Below are positions 38,216 to 50,273 of a stretch of DNA of 64,000 bases, in pieces. The notes beneath the pieces were generated by a model. The model searched no databases and had not been told where the DNA came from. It saw nothing but the letters and a program-made list of their open reading frames with translations. The position numbers were made by a program, and so were the translations under genes. How positions within the stretch are numbered: the first letter of the stretch is position 1; each line of letters begins with the position of its first letter. This DNA is from Octopus sinensis (Eukaryota): contig NC_042998.1 of the NCBI RefSeq assembly GCF_006345805.1, forward strand, positions 72,850,001 through 72,914,000. Reading direction: 5' to 3'.

Positions 38216-39250
38216 TTGCTGTTGCTCAAACAAGAGGTCGAGCACCTAAAGTCTGTTGTTGCTCATTTACTGAATAAACAGTCTCCTATTGACGCAGAGC
38301 CACCCTTGATTTCTTCCCTGGAGACGTCCAAACCGAAGGGAACAAAATCGAAGCGGCCAAAGAAGGCGAAGGAACCGGACGTCGTTTCCGCACATGATCG
38401 TTCCTGTGCGGATTCTTCCTCATCTGCCTTTTCGGTCCCGGAGGTTCCCCAACCTAATTTGAGGAGAGTAGACCCAAACCCACCTGAAGACCATTGTTCT
38501 CCCAAAAAGAAGAAACGTAGTCAAAACTCAAGTGGGGCAGATTTAGCTTCGAAACCTGCTCACAATAAAATCTGTTTGGATTCTCCCTCACTTGTTCTTC
38601 CCATTAATGCCATTGCTCAACCAATTCTGAACGATCTTGATGTGAGTTCATCTGGGGAGAGGTGCTCCCCCAAACGGAAGAAGAGGCACTGCAGTTCCAA
38701 ACCAGGCGGGAAAGTTATGACCACTAAACCCATTCCGATCGACCCCAAAGGCCGAAATAAGTCTGATGGCTATGAAACCACCCTTTCGAAATCATCCAAC
38801 GAAGAATCGAATGCCGCAGCTCATAGTAGAGAACAGAAAGACCATTTTGCCCACTCAAGATCAGCAATCATTTATGGTAAAGCTGAATCCACCTGTCATA
38901 CAGGCATAAACCGCCTAAAAGAAGACATTAATTTTGTGTCCGTTTTAGTTGGAGAATTGTTCGCTGTCAACGAAAATGTCAGTAACCATAAGGTTGCTTG
39001 GCTAGGAAGATTCCAAGCGAACTCAACCTCAGACACTAGACCACGCCCAATAAGAGTAATCTTTTCTTCCGATCAGGAGGCTTCAACCATTCTGAACAGA
39101 GCTCAGATACATGCCTGGGAGGACCCCAATTTGGGTTTTCGCGAGGAATACTCACTGAGAGAGAGAATTCGCCGGAGAAACCTAATATCCGAACTGAAGA
39201 TGAAAAACAGATGGGAGAGAAGGGTTTACGCATCCAAGATGGACAAATAA
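38216..39250 (+). CDS. LINE ORF1 protein (partial, open frame)
   Basis: 344-aa open frame; C-terminal RPRPIRVIFSS...FREEYSLRERIRRR is typical of CR1-type ORF1p. Confidence 0.7.
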   Translation: MLLLKQEVEHLKSVVAHLLNKQSPIDAEPPLISSLETSKPKGTKSKRPKKAKEPDVVSAHDRSCADSSSSAFSVPEVPQPNLRRVDPNPPEDHCSPKKKKRSQNSSGADLASKPAHNKICLDSPSLVLPINAIAQPILNDLDVSSSGERCSPKRKKRHCSSKPGGKVMTTKPIPIDPKGRNKSDGYETTLSKSSNEESNAAAHSREQKDHFAHSRSAIIYGKAESTCHTGINRLKEDINFVSVLVGELFAVNENVSNHKVAWLGRFQANSTSDTRPRPIRVIFSSDQEASTILNRAQIHAWEDPNLGFREEYSLRERIRRRNLISELKMKNRWERRVYASKMDK

Positions 39251-39329
39251 TCAAGTCCTACCTCTGGTCGCATGCTGTAGTGCTGACAGGGAAAGGGCGA
39301 ATCGAAGTAAAGTAGATACCCCCGTCAAC

Positions 39330-42128
39330 GATGCTATCTCTGATACCCCTCATTCTGCTTGTTCTCCAATTCCCGCCCCTCAAACTTCACAGCTCAACAT
39401 CGTCTATACCAACTCGTGCTCCTTATTTCCAAAGTTCAGCAAACTATTTACACTGGCCATGCGTGATTCACCTGATGTGATAGCTATCACTGAGACATGG
39501 CTGACTCCAGCAGTAAAGGACTCGGAAATCCACCTACAGGGCTACGCCCTCTTCAGATGTGACAGAGAAAAAAGGCGAGGTGGAGGTGTTGCTGTGTATG
39601 TTAAATCTGATCTCAAACCGTCCAGCGGTATTCTACCCACTACGGCTCAACCTACAACAAAATTCGATGCCGTCTATTGCAAGCTGAGCCTATCCGGGTT
39701 TTGCCTGCCCGTGTTAGCTGTCTACAGGCCGCCTCTTGCCGCCCCCCAGGACGATGCTCATTTACTCGAAGCGATAAGATTTGTTTCAGCTTCTCATGAC
39801 TGTTTGATATTAGGAGACTTCAACGCTCCCACGATCGATTGACCCGCATCAATTTGTACATCATCTTCCCGGTTCGGCCAGGTCCTTCTTGACGTGACTG
39901 AAGATTGTTTTCTATCGCAACATGTTGAATATCCGACAAGGCATCGGTCTGGGCAGCAGCCATCTATGCTGGATCTGGTATTCTCCCGCTATCCAAGATC
40001 AGTGTCAGACGTATCTGTGTGCGCCCCTTTTGCCAAGAGTGATCATGCGGTCCTGAAGTTCGTCATGCACACAACTTTTTTCTACGCCCCCGACTGCTTC
40101 GCTGCCACGTAGAGTCTTCTCTGCAATTAATCTTGAAATTCTAACCGAGGCTTCCACGCTTCTGGACTGGCGATCCCTGATGACCTTGTCCCCAGTTGAC
40201 GAACTATGGTCATCCCTCAAATCATATGTAATCTGGTTGACTGACCAGGCAGTTCCCGTTGGGCTTCACAAGAAGAAGAAACACAAGCCCTGGGTGACGA
40301 AGAAGGTTAAACGAGAACTTCGACTGAGAGATATTACTTGGGCGGAATTAAAAAATCTGGATTCGACTGCAGCTTTTCAGGTGTACAAAGCTAAACGAGA
40401 CCGAGCCGGGTAAATTGAAAAGGAAGAACGCTTCAGATATGAATACAAAATCGCGGCAAACGCCAGTAGCAATCCAAAAACCTTCTTTGCTCATGTCCAA
40501 CGGAATTCTCGCTTCAACAACCAAATTGCAACGTTGGTAGACTCAACAGGCGTATCGATTGAGGAACCTTTTTCAACTATTTTCAAACAAGATGATGGTC
40601 GTGAACCCCCTCCATTTGATAGATCGGTACCTCCAATGCTTCGATTGGTCATCACGCGGGACGAAGTCGAACGCGTTATTCAATGCCTCGATGTCAACAA
40701 GGGTCACGGCCCTGACGGCATACATCCACGGGTTATCAAAACGTTGGCTCCGGTCATCTGCGAGCCCTTAACACGTCTATTTAATATGTCATTTGCGACG
40801 GGTGTTATACCTGCGGACTGGAGAACAGCGATAATCTGCCCAATTTTCAAGAAAGGGAGCCGCGAAGACCCGCTTAACTACCGACCGGTTTCCCTTACAT
40901 CAATAATCAGCAAGATGTTCGAAACCATCCTTAAGAAAAGTATGATGCTCCACCTCCAAAACACAGCCTCTATCTCTGATTCCCAACACGGCTTCGTGCC
41001 GAAGAGATCATGCTTGACCAATTTACTGGTAATGGAAGAATTGGTGACGCGTATCCATGATGATAGTGATGCTGTTGATATCGTTTTATTGGACTTCGCC
41101 AAAGTAAACCACCGCCTATTACTTGTCAAGCTTCAAGCATATAGTTTCCATCCGGATATTGTACGATGGGTTGGTGCCTTCCACTCAGATCGCTCCTTCC
41201 AAGTCCAAGTTAATGGTTCGCGGTCCGACTCTCCAGTGCGAGCAGTGGCGTGCCTCAAGGTTCAGTGCTTGGGCCCTTATTGTTCTTAGTCTTCATAAAT
41301 GACTTGCCCGACGACCTCACGCAACACACCCTTCTATTTGCCGACGATGTCAAACTGGTCGCTCCTCGCGGTGATATAGAGTATCTTCGTCGATGCCTCC
41401 ACCAAATTTGGAAATGATCTAACGAATGGGACCTGTGTCTGAATGTGTCAAAGTGCTATCATCTGCCTGTTGGCTCTACTCCTGCAACTCAACTTGATTT
41501 TGAGCCGGGCCGTCTGCTGCTGGAGAGGACCGATCAGTTAAAGGACCTGGGTATCTCGGTGAGTTCCTCCTTTTCGCCTTCGGCCCAGTGCGTCCATGCT
41601 GCCAACAAAGCGCGCGGAATTCTGTTCTTGATTCGACGGTCATTCGGAATGCTCACAGCAGCCATATTCCTACCGCTCTATGTCACGCTGGTGAGACCCA
41701 TATTGGAGTACGGGATTCAAGCCTCTTCTCCTTATCTCCTCAAAGACATACAGCATCTCGAAATGGTCCAGAAGCTGGTTACCCGCATGGTTCTTGGTCT
41801 CAAAAATTTGTCTTATGAAGAAAGGCTGAAGACGCTCGACCTTTATTCTCTAGAAAAACGACGACGCCGTGGAGATCTCATTCTTGCTCACAACATCATA
41901 AGCGGAAAGTGTAACCTCTCGAAAGAGCTGTTCTTCACTCCTGCTCCAGAGCGTCGGCTGCGGGGTCATTCCGAAAAGCTCTATCTGCGACGATTTCATC
42001 TCAATCGAAGGAGAGGGGCATTCTCCGTCCGGGTTGCGGATCCGTGGAATAAGCTGCCAGAAGAGATAGTGAAGATGCCGACGTTCAAAGTCTCCCTTGA
42101 CCTCAAGTGGCCTGAACTCTTTACATGA
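39330..42128 (+). pseudogene. LINE ORF2: apurinic endonuclease + reverse transcriptase, with several stops and frameshifts
   Basis: [72 protein letters not shown] and SLEKRRRRGDLI. Confidence 0.93.
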
Positions 42129-43078
42129 ACACCACCCTGTACATAACTCCATGTCCCCCTACATGGCCTTGCTTTTTGCTTTTTGAGCCAAAAAATTAAC
42201 TAACCAACTAAGTTGAGACAAAACTTCTCTTCCTTTGTTCCTCTCTCTTTCTCCCTATCTCCTTCTTCCTCTTTTTCCTTCCTTCTTTTCCCTTCCTCTT
42301 TTAAACTTATAAAAGGCTCACTCTGCCTGTATTAGTTCGAAATTATGAGAATAAAATACGGAGAAAGAATAGACAAAAAGGGATCTGTCAGTTATTATTG
42401 TTATTACTATCACCATCACCACCATCAACATTATCATCATCATCAACATCACCATCACCATCATCATCATCAATGATATTGTTTTATGTGTAGTCACAGC
42501 CACCATCATCACCACTGCTGCTATTGTGTGGGGGAATGGTTGGTTAAAGAGGTCATGTTCTATGGGTCTATAAATAGATTCAGCAGATGGTGGAGACATT
42601 AATGGTCAGTAAAAGGTCAAACCTGTTTACATTTATTTATTTTTTCTTTCTCTTTTCTTCCTTTCCACATACATATGTATATGTATATGTATACTCACAC
42701 ACACATATTATCTGAAGTTTACGTGGATGATTTTTTAAAATTTCTGAATTCAATGTTATGCATATATTTTTTAAATTTCTGAATTCAGTTGTATGTATAT
42801 ATTAGCAGGTGCTTACTTCCATAATTTTTTATCGTGCATTTAATTGTGTTGTTACAATAAAAGGCAATTTTACACATTCTTATAGTCATGAGAGACTATT
42901 AAATGTTCACACAAAATTGGAGATATTTATGTTTCTAATTTTTCTTGTTAGGTGTACGTTTGTATGAGCTGTAGATATGTAAGTTCCTTAACTTATTTTG
43001 AGGGAAATTCAAATTACTCACAGAAAACAGTAGATCTTTCAATTTTCTACAGTTGTTTTTTTTCAGTTGTCCTGCTGG

Positions 43079-43079
<1 letters not shown>

Positions 43080-43129
<50 letters not shown>

Positions 43130-43315
43130 GCTTTTCACAGCTTCTAACGCCGGAGATGTACTATAGTGTCAGCTGTTCACTACTACTGAATTAAGATAGC
43201 ACCTCTTATATCTCGAGCACCTTCCGGAGTATTCGAGAGGTACCAAGGAGTGCTGTTTTCTGCAAGTGCTCCAAACTTATTGCAGCCCCTCTTTGTTCCA
43301 CGTACTTTCTCCTTG
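43080..43315 (-). mobile_element. R4/Dong-like 3' end with (TAA)n tail
   Basis: KYVEQRGAAISLEHLQKTALLGTSRILRKVLEI*, then a short UTR and (TAA)n on the minus strand. Confidence 0.8.
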
Positions 43316-43900
43316 TCTCTGAAGGATTCTTGCAACTCATTGATTAGTCTTCTGATTTTATTCAATATAGTTAATTTTCTGGGTGTCTTGGTTCTTCCTT
43401 GTAGTAGGTTTGGTTTGTTAAAATTTCCAATATTCTATTTTTATAATAGTCCTTGTCCATCATTACTATTGCCCCTCCCTTATCGGCTACTTTTAGGATG
43501 ACTGAGTTGTTATTCTTCAATGTTTGTAAGGCTTCCTTTTCTTTTTCACGAAGGTTTTGATTGCATCCGTGGGTATTTAGGGGAAATTTCGAAATCAAGT
43601 CTATATACGCGTCTAAATATTTGTCCTTTCCCTTGTAGGGGGTGAATTGGGATTCATTTCTGACTATTGATTCATCATTTAAATCTTTATTGTTTAAGAA
43701 TTCTATAAGGCGGAGGTGACGGCTGAAGTGTTCAAATTTTAATTCAATGAGATTAGGGGTGGGTGTCGGAGTAAATTCGAAACATTTTAATAGGAGTTTC
43801 ATCTCATGCTTGTTGAGGTTCCTATTTGACAAATTTATGATCGTCGGGTCTATATCTTGTGTGTGTTTAATTACATTTTGTGTATTATCGTGTCCGGTGC
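43316..43900 (-). mobile_element. PLE ORF N-terminal fragment
   Basis: SNRNLNKHEMKLLLKCFEFTPTP...NLREKEKEALQTLKNNNSVILKVADKGGAIVMMDKDYY (DKG motif). Confidence 0.85.
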
Positions 43901-44118
43901 GTGGTTTTGGTATTTTCTCCCTAAAAAAGGAACTGTGTTATGTCTTCGTTTTCTGATCTCGGCGTTCTGATTTCCATGTAGGTGATAGGATGGTTCATGT
44001 CTTTTATATGAATTCCGTTTGTTATAAGCTTTGTTTTCTACCCATCTTCCCCACACACGTATATGTATGTCTATATATATATATACTTTATTTTAAGCAG
44101 CAGAAAATTCAACAAAAT

Positions 44119-44156
44119 CTGTTACTCTGAGTTTCTCGTTGCCGTTCATCAGACAG
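44119..44156 (-). ncRNA. Type I hammerhead-like motif, canonical CUGAUGA core
   Basis: CUGU-CUGAUGA-ACG GCAA CGA-GAAA-CUC A GAG-UA-ACAG. Confidence 0.72.
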
Positions 44157-45236
44157 TTTTTGCTAGAATGGAACATATATATTAATTCAATCTATACTCT
44201 TACAAACGCTACACCTTTAAAAAGAAATGGACTTGTTTGATTGGCCCTTTAGAAAAAAACGGTCAATCTTCGAGCGATAAACAAAAAGGTCAAAAATATA
44301 TGTATATATATATAAAAAAACTTATAAAAATTATAAAAATTATAAAATCCGAGGAAAAAACCGAGGAAAAAACCTATTGCCGTTAATGAAGACAGTACAA
44401 ATTAATGCATAGAAATTAAACCTGTTATAAATACTGCAATACATATTTATATTAAAATCCACATATATATATCAACATACACAAAAGGATGCGCGTAAAC
44501 GCCATACATACATATACAGACGTATGAATATGAATCTAAATTATACACATAAAAGCATGTGTACATATATTCACGCAAACCGTCTCGCACGCAAGCTAAA
44601 ATTCATCTATGTAGCAATTCTCATATACTGAGCAAGGAGGGGGAACGAAAGAAAGGGAAAGAGAGAAAAAGGAACGAAAGAGGGGGGGGAAACTTGTAGC
44701 GATGTTATTGGCATCTATAGAGGCCAGTATACATACACAAGTTTGAATTGATACATATACATACCGTCGTGTGTATGCGTGCTTAAGCACAAGCATACTT
44801 TCACTTACACATACACAGATACGCATGCTTACAAATACATATGCTTTGCTATACACAAACTTATATAAACATTCTAAATTTGACAACATTGCTTTTTTTA
44901 AAAAAAAAAAACATTGCTTTTAAAAAATGGGTGCATTAATAAAAATATATACGAAAGACATATAAAATAAAATATAACATCCTATTTTGGGTCATTTATA
45001 AATAATCAAGGTAATATAAATAATCAAGGTAATCCTATGCAATACAATAACATGAAAACAAAGTTTGTAGGTTTTTCCTAATATATATGTAGAAACAATA
45101 AGACTTTGCTATAGATCCGTCGTAGCGCTTAAGAGTCAAAATCAAAATCAAAATCAAAATACAAAATATATACTCTATCCATATGGTATATTTATATTCG
45201 ACATTTTAAATTTAGCCGCGTGCCTACATAAGTTCA

Positions 45237-45441
45237 TTAACTCACTTCTTGATTCAAAGAATTATTGTCTTTGAATAATATGTGCATTTTTTCTAATAAG
45301 CAAAGCTTGCACTTGAAATTATATTTGTAAGCTCCATGCCTGTATGGTGCCGCCCTGTCCAGAATGCTCCATGTCACGTTGAAAGGTGGGGCTTCCTTTT
45401 CTTTTAGTTCCCAGACATATTTTGCTAGGCTGGTTTTCTGT
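45237..45441 (-). mobile_element. PLE endonuclease C-terminal fragment
   Basis: TSLAKYVWELKEK...VTWSILDRAAPY...CKLCLLEKMHIL....SLN. Confidence 0.75.
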
Positions 45442-45462
45442 CTATATATATATATATATATA

Positions 45463-45703
45463 TAACGGGAAGCTTTATGAAAATAAACAAAAGACGAAGG
45501 CAGGTGGAATAAAAACAAACAATTGTATTAGTATGGCGCTCAGGAATATAAATAAAACAAGCCTCTCTTTTTTTTTCTCTTTTTTTCTTTTTTTTCTTTT
45601 TTTCTCTTTTTTTCTTTTTTTTCTCTTTTTTTCTCTTTTTCCCTCTTTTTTCTCTTTTTTTCTTTTTTTTGTCTCTTTTTTTCTGTGTTTTCTGTTTGGA
45701 TTA

Positions 45704-45762
<59 letters not shown>

Positions 45763-46010
45763 CAATATATGCATATATACGCTCATAAGCATATATATGC
45801 ATATATACATACATATATACATACACACATCTCTTCTTTTTTTTCTCCTTGTCTCTCTCCTTGTTTTTTTCTGTGTATCTTTCTACAGAAGAGCGTAGGC
45901 TCGAAACGTAAAAGACTATTTCTATTCCTGAACGCTATACTAATACATCTGTTTGTTTGTACACCACCCGCCTTCGTCTTTTGTTTATTTTCGTAAACTT
46001 TCCCTTTATA
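45463..46010. repeat. Two family-A repeats in inverted arrangement (45463-45560 and 45800-46010) separated by T-rich and (TA)n sequence
   Basis: GAAAATAAACAAAAGACGAAGGC is mirrored by GCCTTCGTCTTTTGTTTATTTTC. Confidence 0.8.
45878..45915 (+). ncRNA. Family-A hammerhead-like motif, decayed core (CUACAGA)
   Basis: UCUUU-CUACAGA-A-GAGC GUAG GCUC-GAAAC-GUA-AAAGA. Confidence 0.45.
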
Positions 46011-46014
46011 TATT

Positions 46015-46053
<39 letters not shown>

Positions 46054-46146
46054 TATATAATATATATATATACACACACAGATATATGCATACACATATA
46101 CTCATAAGCATATATATGCATATACATACGTATACATATATATATA

Positions 46147-46184
<38 letters not shown>

Positions 46185-47221
46185 TATGTGTGTGTGGTGT
46201 GTGTGTGTGTGTGTTTTCCATGCATTTCTGATGTATAGCTTAGTGATAAGAAACAATATCGTGCGATACATATGGAAAAGTCAATAGCTTTCGTTTGTCT
46301 TTATGAATAGTTAGACAAATGACATGAATTTATCTGATCAAATATATATGCCTCTCATTTTCTAGTTTCCTGATTTTTCTTGTATTCGTGACCGAAAGTT
46401 TGAACAGCTGCATGCAGCTCTTCATAATTAAATTTTTTATAAATTGCTGGATGTTGCTTTTGTACTCAAAAATACAAAGTTTGCTTGAAGCTGATTCTTG
46501 GGATTCCTATGAAGACCCTATACATTGAGTGATATCAAGGCCACCTCCCTCTGAAGAAGCAATTATAAAACAGGTATCATGATAGATAGAAGCATATATG
46601 TCGAATACGAACACTTGTACTTGTGTCGAATAATAAAATCTGAACAATGTGTTGTTCTTTGTATTATTGCACACTATGACGGGTGTGCCATATATTTCGT
46701 TAATTCTAAGATTTATTTCACGTTTTTTCCTAGTCCTTCCCTCTAATTATATAAAAAATAGAGACATTGCTACATTTTTTACCAATAATGTTGCACTTAC
46801 GCTTAGAACATTCATAAGCATTTGACACACATGCAAACTGGAAAGAGTCGATTGGACTCTCAGCTGTGATCTCCCACCTAAAAAGACGTTGTTGGCGACA
46901 CTGAATGCATCAGAGTGTGTTATTCTCCGTCAGAGACGACACGGTAGCACAGTACGCCCCAGGAGGAAATCGGTATATTGTATCCTATAGTATTTATTTG
47001 TTTATTGACATCATGCTACGTCATATATAGATCAGAATTGGGTACCCGAGACGCGTGAGACCCCTGGACAACTGCCATCTGTGCCTACGCCTTATGATGG
47101 TATTGTTCATCGTTTCTGTTGAAATCAACATTAGATGTGTGTGTGTGCCTATACACGTGTGTGCGATCGTACATTTTACAGTGTATATGGTTCTACGAGC
47201 CATATCCAAGTATATATATAT

Positions 47222-47410
47222 GACGGGAAGCTTTATGAAAATAAACAAAAGACGAAGGCAGGTGGAAAACAAACGAACAATTGTATTAGTATGGCGCTCA
47301 GGAAATATAAATAAAACAAGTCTTTAACGTTTCGAGCCTACGCTCTTCAACAGAAAGATACAGAGAGAGAGAAAAACACAGAAAAAAGGAGAGAAAAAAA
47401 AAAGGAGAGA
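47222..47410 (-). repeat. Family-A repeat, with hammerhead-like motif at 47321-47358 (CUGUUGA core, GUU triplet)
   Basis: UCUUU-CUGUUGA-A-GAGC GUAG GCUC-GAAAC-GUU-AAAGA on the minus strand. Confidence 0.75.
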
Positions 47411-47429
47411 AAAATATATATATATATAT

Positions 47430-47580
<151 letters not shown>

Positions 47581-48263
47581 TAGATATATATGTACCATTT
47601 CTACCAGCCGATTTGATAGGCAGTTCTGCGTAAACCGTTCTTTTTCCCTTCGAGAAATATGAAGATATACAAGTGTAAATCACATAACTTTTGAAGGTTT
47701 ACTCTACCTAAATTGCAGGTTTACGTATATATTATTTGTTTAGAAAAATGTTAAATAACATGGACATTATTCTGCGAACAAGCTATCATAACACAACGTT
47801 TGGATATTCTATCTAAAATAGATAAAATATCATTAACAAAAATAATTGTATCAAGAAATTCCGTACAGAGTAGAAGAAATACATATGCGAAACATTTTAT
47901 AACTCCCAGTAGATATTAATTGTGTAATAAATGCAAAGAAAAAAATTGTTTTTCGAATACATGGCATGGAAGTATGCCATTAGCAAATAACCATGGGCAA
48001 CACCAAGAGGTTGTCTAAATATTTTCAAATTGATTTCATATAGCATATATGCAGAGATGGTTAGGAAAACACTTGAAAATATTTTCGTAAGCTTAATTGA
48101 GTAAGTCAATATCCAATATATTTAGGATTACATAAACTAAGTAAATACTTCTGTCAAAAATAACCATCAGTTGCAAGATTTGTACATCTAAATATATAAA
48201 AATCATATGTGCGTGTGATATATTTGCAAATATGTAATTGCGACTATATGTTATGTGCTGTAC

Positions 48264-48296
<33 letters not shown>

Positions 48297-48388
48297 TATA
48301 TATGGGTAATATATATACATATATATATATGTGTGTATACATGTATGTATATGTATATATTTATTTAAATGTATATATGTACGTGTTT

Positions 48389-48419
<31 letters not shown>

Positions 48420-49274
48420 AAATATACATTTCTTATGCAAACGCTTATATATGTCAGCCATGAGATATATGTGGGTGTGTTTGTGTGCAAATAAGTAATT
48501 TGTGAAAGCAAACCAAGGCAATTGGCATCTATTTCTAGTCTGGTTATATGTAGCAAATATATATGCGCCCAGAACATATGAACGCTTAAAGGTATCCAGG
48601 ACAATTATAAATTCTCACAAATGTGCAGAATGTATGCTGACGTAATAATATATTTATTATAAGAGTTTTTGCGAAAACATTTTCGATACCATGGCAAACA
48701 GGAGACATTCCAGAATCCGATGTTTTCACATCATTCATGTTTCTCGTGCAGAATGTTACAAGTTGTGATCAATTCAAAAACTTTTATTACGTTGACAGGT
48801 TGCAGCACCTATTAAAACAATTATTTATCGATTATACCACGATCACAAACAGGCAAAATCACAAATAAAATATTTTTGTGGATGTACGAGCAAGGACGAT
48901 GTTGAAGGCTAATTAATCAATGTGTGTAAACTCACAGGTGACGCAAATCAGCATTAAATGCAAGAGATTTGCTGAAAGTATGTCGACCATTGCAGAAAAA
49001 TCGACGAGAAAAAAATGGAGCCTAAAGTGAAACAAAACCATACGTCATTGACTGCAACGAGATACAGAAAATACTAGGTTTGAGCTTTTAAGATTCCTAT
49101 ATATACATAGAATATCTGTGCATGATTTAGCCACATGGTATCAATCATGTGATCCAGAGGTGTTTCTAAAAGATAAAACTAGGCTGTAACTATCGAATTC
49201 CAGAGTTACTTGATCACAATGTAGTGAATCTCTCCTGTGCTGCACTCGTGAAGTAGCACAAATTTGGATAAGTA

Positions 49275-49321
<47 letters not shown>

Positions 49322-49338
49322 ATCTTTCCTTTTCGTAT

Positions 49339-49373
49339 GTTTCTGATGAAGTGCTCCGTTCGAAACGTCAAAC
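49339..49373 (+). ncRNA. Minimal type I hammerhead-like motif, canonical core, GUC site
   Basis: GUUU-CUGAUGA-A-GUGC UCC GUUC-GAAAC-GUC-AAAC, within a ~155-bp repeat (49320-49475) flanked by (TA)n on both sides. Confidence 0.72.
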
Positions 49374-49481
49374 CCTCCTTCTTTCCTTCTTTTCTGAGCG
49401 TCCAATAACACTATACTTGTTCCACGTCCTCCCGTTGTTGTGTTTTCTCTTTGTGTTTTCATGTTTGGATTAACTATATAT

Positions 49482-49534
<53 letters not shown>

Positions 49535-50239
49535 GAATGTATGTATGTATGTATATCCGTAAATGCGTGTGTGTGCACCTGTGCTTAACACCCCTCCTGC
49601 CGCTTAACAACGGTTCATGAATTATTTATATCCCCGTAAGGTGGTGGTTTGTTAAAAGTAAATGTTAGAATGTATACCAGACATAATAAAAAAGTGCTGG
49701 GCTCGATTTATTCAGGTAAAGCATTTCAACGTTATGCCCCAGCATGGTCGCAATCCAATAACTGAAACACGAAAGCAAAAGTTGTCGGATTTTCTTAGAA
49801 TTCTCTATAGGGCTTTATATAGAACGATACGTCTTTTCAGTATCCACTTATGCCTCCGTCACTTTTTCGCTCTTTATGTCTTGTATCGAATGCTTCTTAA
49901 TACCTATTTCTCTTGTCTAATACAATTTTCAGTTAGTTTATCGTGATGTTTCTTCGTCTGCTTCACAAGCATTGATTACTTTAAACATTTTTCTTATTTA
50001 TGCATTATATCGTACCTAGTAGTTTTTCTTCTGTGTGTATTATGATCATTTAGAAGAAAGTTTTGCTGTTGCAGAAACCTCCTACTAGATTGTTTATATG
50101 TTCGTGATCTATTCTCAATAGGGTAACCACTTTCTCTGTTTTCTCTTCTGCATTCTTGCGAATACAATTAACTACCAATTGCGCTTATTATATTTATTTA
50201 TCTGTGTGCGTGTGTATGTATGTATATATATACATACAT

Positions 50240-50273
<34 letters not shown>

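Larger units (their letters stand above)
38167..42204 (+). mobile_element. CR1-clade LINE, ~4 kb, 5'-truncated in ORF1, relatively young
   Basis: ORF1 followed by APE-RT ORF2 and a short 3' UTR with a TAAC-type tail. The 8-mer CAACTAAG flanks both ends (38159-38166 and 42205-42212), a candidate TSD. Confidence 0.93.

Noticed and set aside
45095-45140. GCUA..UAGC-AAAGUC hairpin downstream of the PLE EN fragment
   Set aside because: Core CUGANGA and G12 are absent; too degenerate to call.
46855-46985. Possible host exon (CAG...GT bounded, open frame CDLPPKKTLL...)
   Set aside because: No recognisable protein similarity and no supporting neighbouring exons.
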